Counted from the first letter of the stretch, positions 9,488-19,964 are shown. The stretch: 64,000 bases of DNA from an uncultured Candidatus Saccharibacteria bacterium (GCA_964473815.1 CAYYQK010000004.1:4493-68492); one strand, 5' to 3'. Notes: generated by a model not told the origin, from the sequence alone. Made by a program: numbers and translations.

Positions 9488-11146
9488 ATGACAAATGATA
9501 GCATTCAACTCGGAGAATTAAAGAGGGTCTTTAGAGGTGATTTAGAAAATGAATCCGAAACGTTAAAAACATATAGTCATGATGCGAGTCTTTTTGAAAT
9601 CGTTCCAGAATTAGTCGCCTACCCCAAAGATTCCGAGGATGTCTGTAATCTAGTTAAATTTGTCTCATTACAAAAACAGCACAGTCCTGATATCTCAATA
9701 ACACCGCGCAGTGGTGGCACAGACATGTCTGGAGGCGCAATCAACAATTCTATAATTCTTGCTTTTGAGCGATACTTTAAAGCTATTGGTAGTCTAAACG
9801 GTCAGGAAATGAACGTTCAGCCAGGGGTATATTATCGCGATTTTGAGAAGGAAACTTTGTCTCATGGATTACTAATGCCTTCATACCCGGCTTCTCGCGA
9901 AATTTGCATGGTCGGAGGAATTGCATCCAACAATTCAGGTGGCGAAAAATCTTTAATTTACGGCAAAACACAAAAATATGTTACACAGCTCAAAGTAGTT
10001 TTGTCTGATGGAAAAGAATATATCATTAAACCCCTTTCAAAATCCGAACTTCACCAAAAAATGAACAATTCTGGTTTTGAGGGTGATCTGTATCGAGAAA
10101 TATATAATTTAATAACCAATAACCACTCTGCGATTGCTGCGTCAAAACCTAGAGTTAGTAAAAATTCAACTGGTTACAATATTTGGGATGTTTGGGATGG
10201 ACAGACTTTTGATATGACAAAACTGTTTGTCGGAGCTCAGGGCACGCTTGGCATAATCACCGAAATTACCTTCCGGCTAGTTCCCGTAAAACCACTCTCC
10301 GGAATGTTGGTGGTACTGATGCCGAGCTTAAAGGATCTGGGGCAAATAATTAACGTTTTACTTCCCTTAAAACCCAGCAGCCTCGAGTCGTTTGATGACC
10401 ACACTTTAAAATTTGCCTTTAGGTTTTTCTACAGCTTCCGAAAAACTTTGGGATGGAAAAGATTTATTTTCTTGGGCTTAAGTTTTATTCCGGTGCTTAA
10501 CAAACTACTACGATTCCTCCCCCACTTCCCAAAACTCATCATTTTAGTGGAATTTGAAGGTGAAACCCAAGAAGAAATTGATTCTAGGATTGCGCAAGTT
10601 GAGCAAGTGCTCGAACCTTTTGATGTCAGCTTACAACGTGCGGAAGACAAACATCATGAAGAAAAGTTTTGGATAATGCGCCGCGAGAGTTTTAATCTAC
10701 TTCGTAAAAATGTAAAGCGCAAACACACCGCTCCTTTTATTGACGATTTAATTGTGCCGCCGCAAACACTGCCAGAGTTTCTACCGCGACTAATTGAGAT
10801 TTTAGAACGATACAAATTACTCTATACCATTGCCGGCCACATTGGTGATGGGAACTTTCACATAATTCCCTTGATGGATCTGACTAATGCGGAAGAACGA
10901 TTAAAGATCCCAGTTGTCCTTACAGAAGTCAACAGATTAGTCATGGAATATCACGGCTCCCTGTCCGGTGAACACAATGATGGAATGATCCGGGGTCCAT
11001 TCTTAAGTGAAATGTATTCACCAGAAGTTGTTAATATTTTCAAAAAAATAAAAAATACATTTGACCCGCTCAACATATTTAACCCTCATAAAAAAACTAC
11101 TGCAAATTGGAGTTACTCCAGAGAGCATATTCGCAATTCATTCTAA
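9488..11146 (+). CDS. FAD-binding oxidoreductase (GlcD/D-lactate dehydrogenase-like)
   Basis: PRSGGTDMSG, GAQGTLGII, GHIGDGNFH, SGEHNDG, FDPLNIFNP. Confidence 0.88.
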   Translation: MTNDSIQLGELKRVFRGDLENESETLKTYSHDASLFEIVPELVAYPKDSEDVCNLVKFVSLQKQHSPDISITPRSGGTDMSGGAINNSIILAFERYFKAIGSLNGQEMNVQPGVYYRDFEKETLSHGLLMPSYPASREICMVGGIASNNSGGEKSLIYGKTQKYVTQLKVVLSDGKEYIIKPLSKSELHQKMNNSGFEGDLYREIYNLITNNHSAIAASKPRVSKNSTGYNIWDVWDGQTFDMTKLFVGAQGTLGIITEITFRLVPVKPLSGMLVVLMPSLKDLGQIINVLLPLKPSSLESFDDHTLKFAFRFFYSFRKTLGWKRFIFLGLSFIPVLNKLLRFLPHFPKLIILVEFEGETQEEIDSRIAQVEQVLEPFDVSLQRAEDKHHEEKFWIMRRESFNLLRKNVKRKHTAPFIDDLIVPPQTLPEFLPRLIEILERYKLLYTIAGHIGDGNFHIIPLMDLTNAEERLKIPVVLTEVNRLVMEYHGSLSGEHNDGMIRGPFLSEMYSPEVVNIFKKIKNTFDPLNIFNPHKKTTANWSYSREHIRNSF

Positions 11147-11154
11147 ATAATTAT

Positions 11155-11910
11155 ATGTTAAAGAAAAAGGTTTTAGGTGTTGTAATCGTTGTTGCGTTTT
11201 TGGGCGTGGGTTGCAACAAGACCAAAGATACCCAACCAAATAACCTTACACCAAGCACAACATCTACTTCTACGTCTTCTCCTGCAAATGAGAAAGTTGT
11301 TTATTTAACTTTTGATGCCGATATGACTCCAGTCATGGCAAAAAAACTTAAAGACAACGAAGTAGCTAGTTGGTATAGTCCTGGCCTGATTCAATATCTG
11401 CAAGATAATCAAATTGCAGCGACTTTTTTTGTGACTGGAATGTTTGCCGAAATTTACCCCGATGCAATAAAACAATGGGCTCAAAATAAAAACTTTGCGA
11501 TTGAAAATCATTCTTATGATCATCCAGGTTTTGAAGACCCTTGCTATGGTTTAGCAACAATTAGCACTGACCAAGAAAAAATTTCCCAGATGCAAAAAAC
11601 TCAAGATATTTTAAAGGAATTAACCGGCACTACCCCGGCTTATTTTCGACATCCAGGTCTATGTCACAACCAACATGATGATGACCTAGCGGCTAAATTA
11701 AATTTGAAAATTAGCGACGAGGGATTAGCTTCAGGTGATGCCTTCAATAAAAATACCGAAGCCATCGTAAATAACGTTGTAAAGAATTCTAAAGCCGGTA
11801 CTGTAATTATTCTTCACACAGGTGGGCCAAATGCCCCAGCTACCGAAGCAGCCATTAAAAAAATTGTCCCTAAGCTGCAAGCTGAAGGATTCTTTTTCGC
11901 AAAACTATAA
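11155..11910 (+). CDS. Polysaccharide deacetylase (NodB/CE4) lipoprotein
   Basis: Lipobox-like GVGC; LTFDAD, ENHSYDH, FRHP, IILH. Confidence 0.85.
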   Translation: MLKKKVLGVVIVVAFLGVGCNKTKDTQPNNLTPSTTSTSTSSPANEKVVYLTFDADMTPVMAKKLKDNEVASWYSPGLIQYLQDNQIAATFFVTGMFAEIYPDAIKQWAQNKNFAIENHSYDHPGFEDPCYGLATISTDQEKISQMQKTQDILKELTGTTPAYFRHPGLCHNQHDDDLAAKLNLKISDEGLASGDAFNKNTEAIVNNVVKNSKAGTVIILHTGGPNAPATEAAIKKIVPKLQAEGFFFAKL

Positions 11911-11912
11911 AT

Positions 11913-13433
11913 CTAAGCCAGACCCGGAAAGAAGTCAGTTTTAATTTGACCGCGTCCTACACCCATATCTAACAAGGTCTTTTTCATCGCAGTTACAAAA
12001 ACATGCGAGCCAGAAATGTAAAATAAGCGCTCGTTAAAGTCTGGGACTTCGGTACTAATCATTTTGGCGTCAATAAATCCTTTATAACCAGTCCAATCAA
12101 CAGGGGCAACATCTGTAATTGTGTAAGCAGACCTCATGCCAAACTTCTGATGGGCTTCTTCAAAAATTTCCGCATAAGCAATTTCTTGTTTGCTTCTATT
12201 GGAATACAACAAAACCACATCGCGATGTTCGCCACTGTCGATCATGTATTTTGTCATGCTTCTGAAAGGCGTTACACCAATTCCTCCAGCGATAAACACC
12301 AATTTTTTATCTAACTCTTTTGGTAAAGTAAAATCACCCGCTAGCTGTGCACCAATAATAGTTTCCCCTGCATGCATGCCACGCATAGCTTTTTTGTAAG
12401 TACTTGGTTGAGGATAAAACTTTACCCCTAAAATTGTTTCCGATTCAGTTGGAGAAGATGCAATTGTAAAATACCGGCGATTGCCGCGAGAGTCCGCGCT
12501 CTTGTGACCCAAAGTCCATTCCATATACTGCCCCGGCGCGAAAGCAAATTGCTTATCAGTTTTAAAAATAAAATCAAAGGCTGCATCCCCAGCTTTCTGA
12601 ATTTTTTGTAGCGTAAACACATGCCGTCCTTTTGGACTAATGACATACGAAAATATATTAGCAATGATCAGTGCTATCTCCGGGGTTATAGACCAAGGAC
12701 CAAATTTAGCTTGCGGAATAATTAAAAGCCCGGCTAAAGCTCCGTACAATACGCGCTTCCACTTTGTTGGCGGCATGGTTAAAGGCTCGGTCAACATAAT
12801 CGTTCCAAAGAAAATTAATGGCGAGGCTTCTATTGCTTTCCAAACCGAATTAGTTATACCCCCGTGACCAAAAGTTAAGGCGATAGTTCCCAGTATTGAC
12901 GCGCCTAAAAAGGCCCACAGCAAATGGAACTGACGAAGCTTACGAGTCATCATTAATCCAAAAATCAAAGTGAATGGCAACATTACTGCCGTACCAATCC
13001 ACCAACTGGCGGACTGACCAACAATTAAAGAAGTTAAAACAACTGCAAACGCAGCAGGATTAAACAAATGTTTTTTACCCAAACTAACTACATACTTTGA
13101 TGCGATAGCAGTAGCACCAGCCAAAGCTAAAATCGGAATAATCGTAATAAATTGACCGGCAGCGGGTGGTGTAATTATCAACGCCAAAATCAAAGCAGTA
13201 ATGTAAGCGGATTCAATATTGACCGGAACTTTAAAGAACCAGCCCAAAATTTTGTTGAAGATTACACTACCAATAACTAACACTAAACTCGAATACATAA
13301 TCCCCCAAGGGCTGTAATGCAACACTCCTGCAAATGCCAGAATAGTTGCAATGCCAAGCAAACCTAAAAGAATATACAGCACAGTGCGGTACATTGTAAT
13401 GCGATCCAAGAAGTTGTCGATAAATTTTAACAT
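11913..13433 (-). CDS. RnfD/NqrB-like membrane domain fused to a ferredoxin-NAD(P) reductase-type domain
   Basis: KHLFNPAAF, MLTEPLT; RYFTIASSP, IAGGIGVTPF. Confidence 0.85.
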   Translation of the reverse strand: MLKFIDNFLDRITMYRTVLYILLGLLGIATILAFAGVLHYSPWGIMYSSLVLVIGSVIFNKILGWFFKVPVNIESAYITALILALIITPPAAGQFITIIPILALAGATAIASKYVVSLGKKHLFNPAAFAVVLTSLIVGQSASWWIGTAVMLPFTLIFGLMMTRKLRQFHLLWAFLGASILGTIALTFGHGGITNSVWKAIEASPLIFFGTIMLTEPLTMPPTKWKRVLYGALAGLLIIPQAKFGPWSITPEIALIIANIFSYVISPKGRHVFTLQKIQKAGDAAFDFIFKTDKQFAFAPGQYMEWTLGHKSADSRGNRRYFTIASSPTESETILGVKFYPQPSTYKKAMRGMHAGETIIGAQLAGDFTLPKELDKKLVFIAGGIGVTPFRSMTKYMIDSGEHRDVVLLYSNRSKQEIAYAEIFEEAHQKFGMRSAYTITDVAPVDWTGYKGFIDAKMISTEVPDFNERLFYISGSHVFVTAMKKTLLDMGVGRGQIKTDFFPGLA

Positions 13434-13443
13434 TGCTTATAAA

Positions 13444-14187
13444 TTATTTTTCAATTGTGTACTTTTCAAAACCTGTGGTTGAAAGAGCTTGTCCTTGTGC
13501 ATCAATTTGATAACCCTCAAATCCTGGCAAACTTTCAATAAAGTAAATCCCCTCTTTGCCCATGGCAAATGCTGCCGTAGCAAAACGATCAGCCTCATAA
13601 ACATTAGGACCGATCACCGACAGACTCACAACTTCAGTTAATTCTTGATTGGGATTATGCGGGTTATAGATATGCTGACCGCGTGAATAAGTACCGGAAG
13701 TGGCCATACCTTCGTTGTGCAAATAAACTACTTTTACAATTTGTTCGCGATCGAAGGGATTGCGAATCCCAACTTTCCAAGCAGGCTTGTCTGCGTTGCG
13801 GCGTGCTTGGATGTCTGCGCCAGCATCGATGTAGAAATCTTTACTCCCGGCAACATCCAAAATTTTGGCTGCTTCCTGAATTGCCCAACCTTTTACAATT
13901 CCAGAGGGATCGATAGTTCCATCTGGTTTTGTAATGTCAAAATACTCTTTAGTTTCTTGTTTTGTGGTTTCTGCAAGCTTAAAAATTAAGCGCATATCTT
14001 CGCTGGCATTTTCAAGTTCCAACTTTCGGCTGTTAATCCGGTTAATTTCGCTATTGTCTTTGTAAGTACTAAACTTTTCATCAACATAACGGAAATAGTC
14101 GAACACTTTGTTAAACCATTCTTGGTCTTGGCAATCAACAATTTCTACATTGATCGGCATGCCCATAATTGATTCGCTCTTTTTCAT
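13444..14187 (-). CDS. apbE: FAD:protein FMN transferase
   Basis: DPSGIVKGWA, WKVGIRNP, ATSGTY, HIYNP, ADRFATA. Confidence 0.9.
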   Translation of the reverse strand: MKKSESIMGMPINVEIVDCQDQEWFNKVFDYFRYVDEKFSTYKDNSEINRINSRKLELENASEDMRLIFKLAETTKQETKEYFDITKPDGTIDPSGIVKGWAIQEAAKILDVAGSKDFYIDAGADIQARRNADKPAWKVGIRNPFDREQIVKVVYLHNEGMATSGTYSRGQHIYNPHNPNQELTEVVSLSVIGPNVYEADRFATAAFAMGKEGIYFIESLPGFEGYQIDAQGQALSTTGFEKYTIEK

Positions 14188-14206
14188 GATCAGAAAATTA
14201 GAAATA

Positions 14207-14815
14207 TTATGTAGCTTGCGACAATGCAGAACTCAAAGATTGAATAAAGGCTTGACTTGAATCTGTTGCGCCAGAGATCATGTCAACTTTAGCAGTTTGA
14301 TTGGCGATCGCTTCGCTACGCAATCTTGGCAAAGCGTAAGTGTTAATTTCTATAGAATGACTGCGATCGTTTGGATACTGCAAAAACTCAATGGCAGTTA
14401 ATTTGCCGCCACTTACAGTCGCTCTAACTTGAACGTTACCATAGTATGCATCGGCGGCAACTCCGGTGTAAGTACCATTTTTGTACTTACCTTGTTGGGT
14501 TGTGCTACCAGAATTAGAATTCGTATTAGTGTTTGAGCTTGAGCTTGAGCCCGACGAAGTACCTTTATTAGCATTACTATTAGAGCCCGTGCTCTTGTTG
14601 CTATTGCCGTTGCTATTACCATTACTGTTGCCATTGCTATCAGAATTAACATTTGCTGGGTTAGTGGAAGGGCTAGTATCTATAGATTGAGATGTGTTGG
14701 AATTTAATGCCAATAAGGCATCTGGATTACTACTACTATTAGTCTGGGTGCGCTGGTAAACCACATATGCTACGAACAACATCGCAACAAATACCGAAAC
14801 GATTATTTTCTTCAT
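14207..14815 (-). CDS. Membrane-anchored FMN-binding (flavinylated) protein with Asn/Ser-rich linker
   Basis: N-terminal TM; YKNGTYTG; VDMISGAT flavinylation motif. Confidence 0.88.
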   Translation of the reverse strand: MKKIIVSVFVAMLFVAYVVYQRTQTNSSSNPDALLALNSNTSQSIDTSPSTNPANVNSDSNGNSNGNSNGNSNKSTGSNSNANKGTSSGSSSSSNTNTNSNSGSTTQQGKYKNGTYTGVAADAYYGNVQVRATVSGGKLTAIEFLQYPNDRSHSIEINTYALPRLRSEAIANQTAKVDMISGATDSSQAFIQSLSSALSQAT

Positions 14816-14921
14816 AAATTGATACAAATTAAAAGAGAGGGGTCTCTCATCTATATTATACAAGATTTAAAAGGATTTATTTCATGTATATATCGTAAAT
14901 CTTTGGATTTTTTGATAAAAT

Positions 14922-15467
14922 ATGGGTATGAATATTCATCCTATTTTAGTCCATTTCCCAGTCGCATTACTGGCTATCTACTCCCTCTTAGAACTGATTC
15001 GCTGGAATAAAATAACCAGCCAACCGTATTGGTTTTATGTAAAGGCAATGTTTGTGTGCGTGGGTGGCCTGGCCGCATTAGCAGCACTCGCAACTGGCGA
15101 TACTGCGGTCGAAGGTGTACGCAATGGGTTGTTCACGCCTGCTGTGAGTAATTACATGGACGTAATTCATCTTCACGAAACTTTTGCAGATATTTCAATA
15201 GTCGTTTTTGGATTAATTGCCGCCAGTTATTTACTTACCTGGATAGATCGCACTAATTTTGTAAATAGGTTTAAGTCGCTAGAGAGTTTATGGCGATTCT
15301 TGGCAAAGATTGCCTCGATAATTCAACGACCTGTGTTGTTGGTCTTGCTGGCTGTAATCGGTTTGATTGCCATTACAATTACCGGGGGCTTGGGAGGCGT
15401 GATTGTATTCGGTCCTGACGCAGATCCATTCTTCAAAATAGTTTACCAAATTTTAATTGGAGCATAA
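14922..15467 (+). CDS. DUF2231-like membrane protein
   Basis: IHPILVHFPVALL; about 4 TM; TGGLGG. Confidence 0.7.
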   Translation: MGMNIHPILVHFPVALLAIYSLLELIRWNKITSQPYWFYVKAMFVCVGGLAALAALATGDTAVEGVRNGLFTPAVSNYMDVIHLHETFADISIVVFGLIAASYLLTWIDRTNFVNRFKSLESLWRFLAKIASIIQRPVLLVLLAVIGLIAITITGGLGGVIVFGPDADPFFKIVYQILIGA

Positions 15468-15470
15468 GAA

Positions 15471-15500
15471 AAGGCCGCGACAAAATCTAGTCGCGGCCTT
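15471..15500. terminator. Intrinsic terminator between convergent genes
   Basis: aaggccgcga-N10-tcgcggcctt. Confidence 0.7.
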
Positions 15501-15520
15501 CGTTTTTTACTATCGCCCTA

Positions 15521-15829
15521 TTAGCTATCCGGACGACTGTTCTTCATGGCCTCTAGAAAATGAGAACGCTGCATCTGGAAACGCTCATCTTCTTCTAAAG
15601 CTCTTTTAGCTGCAGCTACGAAATCTTCACTGACTTCAGTGACCAGAGACACCACCGAGGTAAACTGAAAGTTATCCGAGTTATCATACCTGACAACCCT
15701 CATCCCATGCGGAAGGTCAGCGATTAAGATCTCATGCTTGGGAAGGAACAACCCGTTATATTCGGTTGCGCTCCAGGATCCAGCAGACTGTCGCTCACGC
15801 CAGTGACGCTGTATAGCTTTTAATGGCAT
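15521..15829 (-). CDS. Hypothetical protein
   Basis: 102-aa ORF, GGAGG upstream, terminator downstream. Confidence 0.6.
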   Translation of the reverse strand: MPLKAIQRHWRERQSAGSWSATEYNGLFLPKHEILIADLPHGMRVVRYDNSDNFQFTSVVSLVTEVSEDFVAAAKRALEEDERFQMQRSHFLEAMKNSRPDS

Positions 15830-15927
15830 TTAAATCCCTCCTCTAAATTATTTGAAAACGATTTTGTATTTTAGACAAATATGCACTCAATGTCAAGATT
15901 TGCTATAATTAAGGCAATAATTTCCCC

Positions 15928-16197
15928 ATGAGCAAATTAGCTTCTTTAGCGGTTTTAATAGCTTTAGTGATCGGTGGCTTTGTATTATATTCCACTTACG
16001 GGCACCACGTTTTTGAGTACGTCAGAAATTTTGATGAACCAAAAATCAAAGATGACCTAACATATAACGATGGCAATACTTTATATGTTTGTTCCGCCCC
16101 AATAAAACTCCAGCGAGTTTGGTTAAACGAAAGCTATGTATACCAGCCCATTAATTCCGGTGATGCTGATAAGATGTGCAAACCCAGGGAGTTCTAG
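15928..16197 (+). CDS. Small membrane-anchored hypothetical protein
   Basis: N-terminal TM; TGcTATAAT upstream. Confidence 0.6.
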   Translation: MSKLASLAVLIALVIGGFVLYSTYGHHVFEYVRNFDEPKIKDDLTYNDGNTLYVCSAPIKLQRVWLNESYVYQPINSGDADKMCKPREF

Positions 16198-16198
16198 A

Positions 16199-17383
16199 CT
16201 AAATTGATACGGCTAAAATTAGCCAGAAAATTAAGGCCAGATCATTTTTTAAATACGGTATATCGATCAGACCGTGCACAATGAGTGCAGTCATAAACAA
16301 TAATAATCCCAGCGCTTTAAAGTTCTGGCGATTTTTTATTCCATTCCAAATTCCCCCAGCAAAAACTATTATGAATCCAATCAATCCAAGAAGGCCAAGA
16401 TCGATCCAAAAATTTAAAAAGATGTTGTGCGGAAAATTGTAATGTTGTAATCCCGAGTCCTTATTGTATGTTGACCAGTTATTATCAAAACCATTTATGC
16501 CTTTTCCCAAGATAGGACTATCTTTGATCATATCAGTGCCGGTATGCCATAGACTGATGCGTGCTACCGAAGATTTCTCACCCATGAACGGCAAGATTGC
16601 GCGGTAACGCAAATTAGGAACAACAGCTACAATAATTACTAATGCAAAAAGTGCGGCCGCAAATAAAGGCCATAATTTTTTGTTTACAGAAAGCAGAACA
16701 AAAACTCCGGCGGCAGCAAGTAGTCCCAGCCAAGACCCGCGCGACAAACTTAGGAACAACCCAACCCCACCCACGAGCCACGCCAAAGTAATCCAAATTT
16801 GCTTTCGACGAAATGCATCAGGAATTAACCAAGCTAGTAGTGGTGTTGCAAACAGCGCATAGGCATTTGGGTGTGCAAAAAACGCAATCGCCCGTTTGGG
16901 CTCATTAGCATTCCCCCACCAATCCATGGGCAATGTTAGTCTGGTGAAGTATTGTGCAATCGCTAATATTCCGGCGGCTGCCAACAAAACATACGCTGCA
17001 ATAGTAACTTTGCGAAAAACTTTTTCATCGCGCCGCGCAAAATATCTGACAATAAAGAAAATGGAGATTGGCTCTAAATATAATACAATCCATTGTGCAA
17101 ATTTTTCCGCGCCAAACCCACCGACCAACAAAGAAATTACACTCGCTAAACTTACAAGTATTAATCCAACTGCAACCCAACGCGGTAGTGACTTAAATTC
17201 TTCAATCCATGCGCGCCAGGTGCGCATCACCGAATTACCATTGTGTTTAAACACAGCAAATTTCCCGACCGCAATAACAGCAAAACTGAACAGCATCAAA
17301 AAATTAGTTGGCAAACCGCCAACAGAAAAGCGCCAAACATATAGTGGCGCAGAAAGAAGTAAGATTGCAAAAACGATAGGCAT
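16199..17383 (-). CDS. O-antigen ligase (Wzy_C) family protein
   Basis: FAHPNAYA, SLSRGSW, RISLW..PILGKG, HNIFL. Confidence 0.88.
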   Translation of the reverse strand: MPIVFAILLLSAPLYVWRFSVGGLPTNFLMLFSFAVIAVGKFAVFKHNGNSVMRTWRAWIEEFKSLPRWVAVGLILVSLASVISLLVGGFGAEKFAQWIVLYLEPISIFFIVRYFARRDEKVFRKVTIAAYVLLAAAGILAIAQYFTRLTLPMDWWGNANEPKRAIAFFAHPNAYALFATPLLAWLIPDAFRRKQIWITLAWLVGGVGLFLSLSRGSWLGLLAAAGVFVLLSVNKKLWPLFAAALFALVIIVAVVPNLRYRAILPFMGEKSSVARISLWHTGTDMIKDSPILGKGINGFDNNWSTYNKDSGLQHYNFPHNIFLNFWIDLGLLGLIGFIIVFAGGIWNGIKNRQNFKALGLLLFMTALIVHGLIDIPYLKNDLALIFWLILAVSI

Positions 17384-17392
17384 GTTTTAAAT

Positions 17393-18424
17393 TTAACTAC
17401 TTAAACTGTCTTTAAAGTCACTACGGTAGAGATCAACAAGTTCCATAAAAATCGCCATTATAATTGGTCCAATCAAAAATCCTAAAGCACCAAAAAATTT
17501 AAGTCCGCCTACAACGGCCAATAGCACCAGCACCGGATGCAACTTAATGCGGCTACTAACAATGCGTGGCCCAACAAAATTATCTATTAAGCCTACTGCA
17601 AAAGCAGCCCAAATTGTCATCCCAATTGCCTGCGGAATGTGCCCTGTAATTAAAAGGTAGATTATCGCCGGGATCATTGAAATTGATGTACCCACAGTTG
17701 GCACCAGTGCAGCTACGACAGTAAACGCACCCCAGAGGAATGGCTCGGGCAAGCCAAAAATAAATAAACCAACGGTGGCGACAAATCCCTGGATCAACGC
17801 CATAAGGAACGAACCTTTTACTACCCCATTCACAGCAGAAACAATCCGGTCAAAGAGTTTATCTTCATGTGTTGTGGAAATTGGTGACACATCCATAAAA
17901 GCTTTTTTGATTTTGGTGCCATCACGCAATAAATAGAACACAATAAAGAACATCATGAACGCTGCCACAATAAATCCAACAATGTTTGTAAAAATAGAAG
18001 TGACCGAACTGAACGCCTGACTACTCAATTTACCAATATACGAATTAATGTCCACGCTCAAATTTTGTACAATGGTCTGTAATTGTGGAGGCAGACTGGA
18101 AATAATTTGACCCTTGTCGATGATGAATCCTCCATCGCGGTAACGCTGATACAAATTTCCGACTTCGTTAAAAATCACTTGTCCAAAAAACCAAATTGGA
18201 ATAAGGAAAATCAACAAGATAATTAACACCGAAATCCCTGCTGCTAAATTTTCGTATTTAACTCGCGATCGCAACCATAAATAAAGAGGGCGAAAAAGAA
18301 TTGCCAGAATTAAACCAAGGGCAATGATATTTACAAATGGTTTAAGAATCTGGAAAATCAATACAAAAACCAGGAAAAGCAAAACCAGGAAACTAATGGT
18401 TTGTAGACGTTTAAAGTGAGCCAT
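17393..18424 (-). CDS. AI-2E family transporter
   Basis: FYLLRDG, LIDNFVGP, GFLIGPII. Confidence 0.9.
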   Translation of the reverse strand: MAHFKRLQTISFLVLLFLVFVLIFQILKPFVNIIALGLILAILFRPLYLWLRSRVKYENLAAGISVLIILLIFLIPIWFFGQVIFNEVGNLYQRYRDGGFIIDKGQIISSLPPQLQTIVQNLSVDINSYIGKLSSQAFSSVTSIFTNIVGFIVAAFMMFFIVFYLLRDGTKIKKAFMDVSPISTTHEDKLFDRIVSAVNGVVKGSFLMALIQGFVATVGLFIFGLPEPFLWGAFTVVAALVPTVGTSISMIPAIIYLLITGHIPQAIGMTIWAAFAVGLIDNFVGPRIVSSRIKLHPVLVLLAVVGGLKFFGALGFLIGPIIMAIFMELVDLYRSDFKDSLSS

Positions 18425-18526
18425 GCCCTAATTATAGCAAATTTTGCCAATTAGAAGACAGTTGTTGTGTGTTGCGGAGGGAGCTATAATAATAGTGTTA
18501 GTCAAATCTAGGTCTGGAGGACAATC

Positions 18527-19792
18527 ATGGACGCATCAACGAGGCAACTACCACTTGAAAAATACCCTGTTGTTAGAATTTCATCAGACGGAACGCGTAT
18601 CCGGCAACTAAGTGGTCCAAAAGGAATTCTTCTGGACCCCAACCGCCGCAGCCCACGCGTAGAAGAATTTTCTGCCAGGCTAAGCGAGGCTGTAATTGGC
18701 CAACCTGAAGCCGTCCAAGCGATGAGTAGATCTTTACAGTTATGTCTCAGTGGGTTTAACAACCCAACCCGACCAATTGGGATTTTATTTTTTTTAGGAC
18801 CGACTGGATCCGGAAAAACGCTCATCGCAGAGTCAGCCGCGGAAATCCTATTTGGAGATTCCAAGGCTCTTGTCAAAGTGGACTGTGCTGAGTTTGGACA
18901 TAGCCACCAAATTTCCAAACTCATTGGCTCCCCTCCTGGGTACTTAGGTCACAGGGAGACTTCGCCAATGCTGACACAGGACAATCTGGACAAGTGCCAC
19001 ACTGATGAATTCAAATTTACTTTCGTGTTGTTTGATGAAATCGAAAAGGCCAGTGACTCCTTGGCCAATCTCTTGTTAGGAATTATGGACAAGGGATGCT
19101 TGACTCTCGGAGACAATCGCCAAATTGATTTTAGTAAAACCATCATCATCATGTCTTCGAACTTAGGTGTGAAGGAAATCGATCACCTTCTGAGCGGCGG
19201 AATTGGATTTGCTCCCAACAAAGGTTCGACTGATACCCAAGGGAAAGAGTCGGAAAAAATATCCAAAGCAGCCCTCGCTGCGGTCGTTCGAAAATTCAGG
19301 CCTGAGTTCGTTAATCGGATCGACAAAATGATAGTTTTTAATTCTTTGAGTAAAGCTGACATAGCCCGGGTCTTAGAACGCGAGCTTATCAAAATCCAGA
19401 ACCGGATTACCGAATCTGCCGGTACAAAATTTGTGTTCCACTGTTCACCGGAAGCAAAGCAATTTCTTCTGGCCGAAGGTTGGGACAACCAGTACGGCGG
19501 CCGGCATATCAACCGGGCTTTAGAACGTCACTTGGTTATGAAGCTATCAAATCTGGTAGCTACAGAACAAATTAACACTGGAGATGTGGTTTTGGTGGAC
19601 TGGGATGCTAGCGAACGGAAACCGGTCTTCGTCAAACTCCGAGAACAAATAATTATCCCGGGGTCATACGCCGCCACCCCCGAACAGGCAGATGAAGACG
19701 AGGTTAGAGTAGTCCAAAACGATGTCGCAATAGTCCATCCGTTCCTCACAGATGGATACGAAAATTTTCCCGGTATCGGCGGTGGGAATTAG
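18527..19792 (+). CDS. Stand-alone ClpA/B second-AAA-module ATPase (AAA_2 + ClpB_D2-small)
   Basis: VIGQPEAV, GPTGSGKT, LIGSPPGYLG, FDEIEKA, FRPEFVNRID; no N-domain or NBD1. Confidence 0.85.
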   Translation: MDASTRQLPLEKYPVVRISSDGTRIRQLSGPKGILLDPNRRSPRVEEFSARLSEAVIGQPEAVQAMSRSLQLCLSGFNNPTRPIGILFFLGPTGSGKTLIAESAAEILFGDSKALVKVDCAEFGHSHQISKLIGSPPGYLGHRETSPMLTQDNLDKCHTDEFKFTFVLFDEIEKASDSLANLLLGIMDKGCLTLGDNRQIDFSKTIIIMSSNLGVKEIDHLLSGGIGFAPNKGSTDTQGKESEKISKAALAAVVRKFRPEFVNRIDKMIVFNSLSKADIARVLERELIKIQNRITESAGTKFVFHCSPEAKQFLLAEGWDNQYGGRHINRALERHLVMKLSNLVATEQINTGDVVLVDWDASERKPVFVKLREQIIIPGSYAATPEQADEDEVRVVQNDVAIVHPFLTDGYENFPGIGGGN

Positions 19793-19841
19793 GTACAGGA
19801 GAAATTGAGTAAACAATAGTCGCGTCTTACGCAAACGGACT

Positions 19842-19871
19842 GCCGGCGTTCTACCCAGAACGCCGGCTTTT
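19842..19871 (+). terminator. Intrinsic terminator
   Basis: gccggcgttct-accc-agaacgccggc-tttt. Confidence 0.75.
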
Positions 19872-19964
19872 ATATTGACTTTTTCCGCTTAATCCCCTAT
19901 ACTATTTGAAGTTCCTGCCGGGCATGCCGGCATTTTTATTTGAAAGATTCTAAAAACCGCACTA

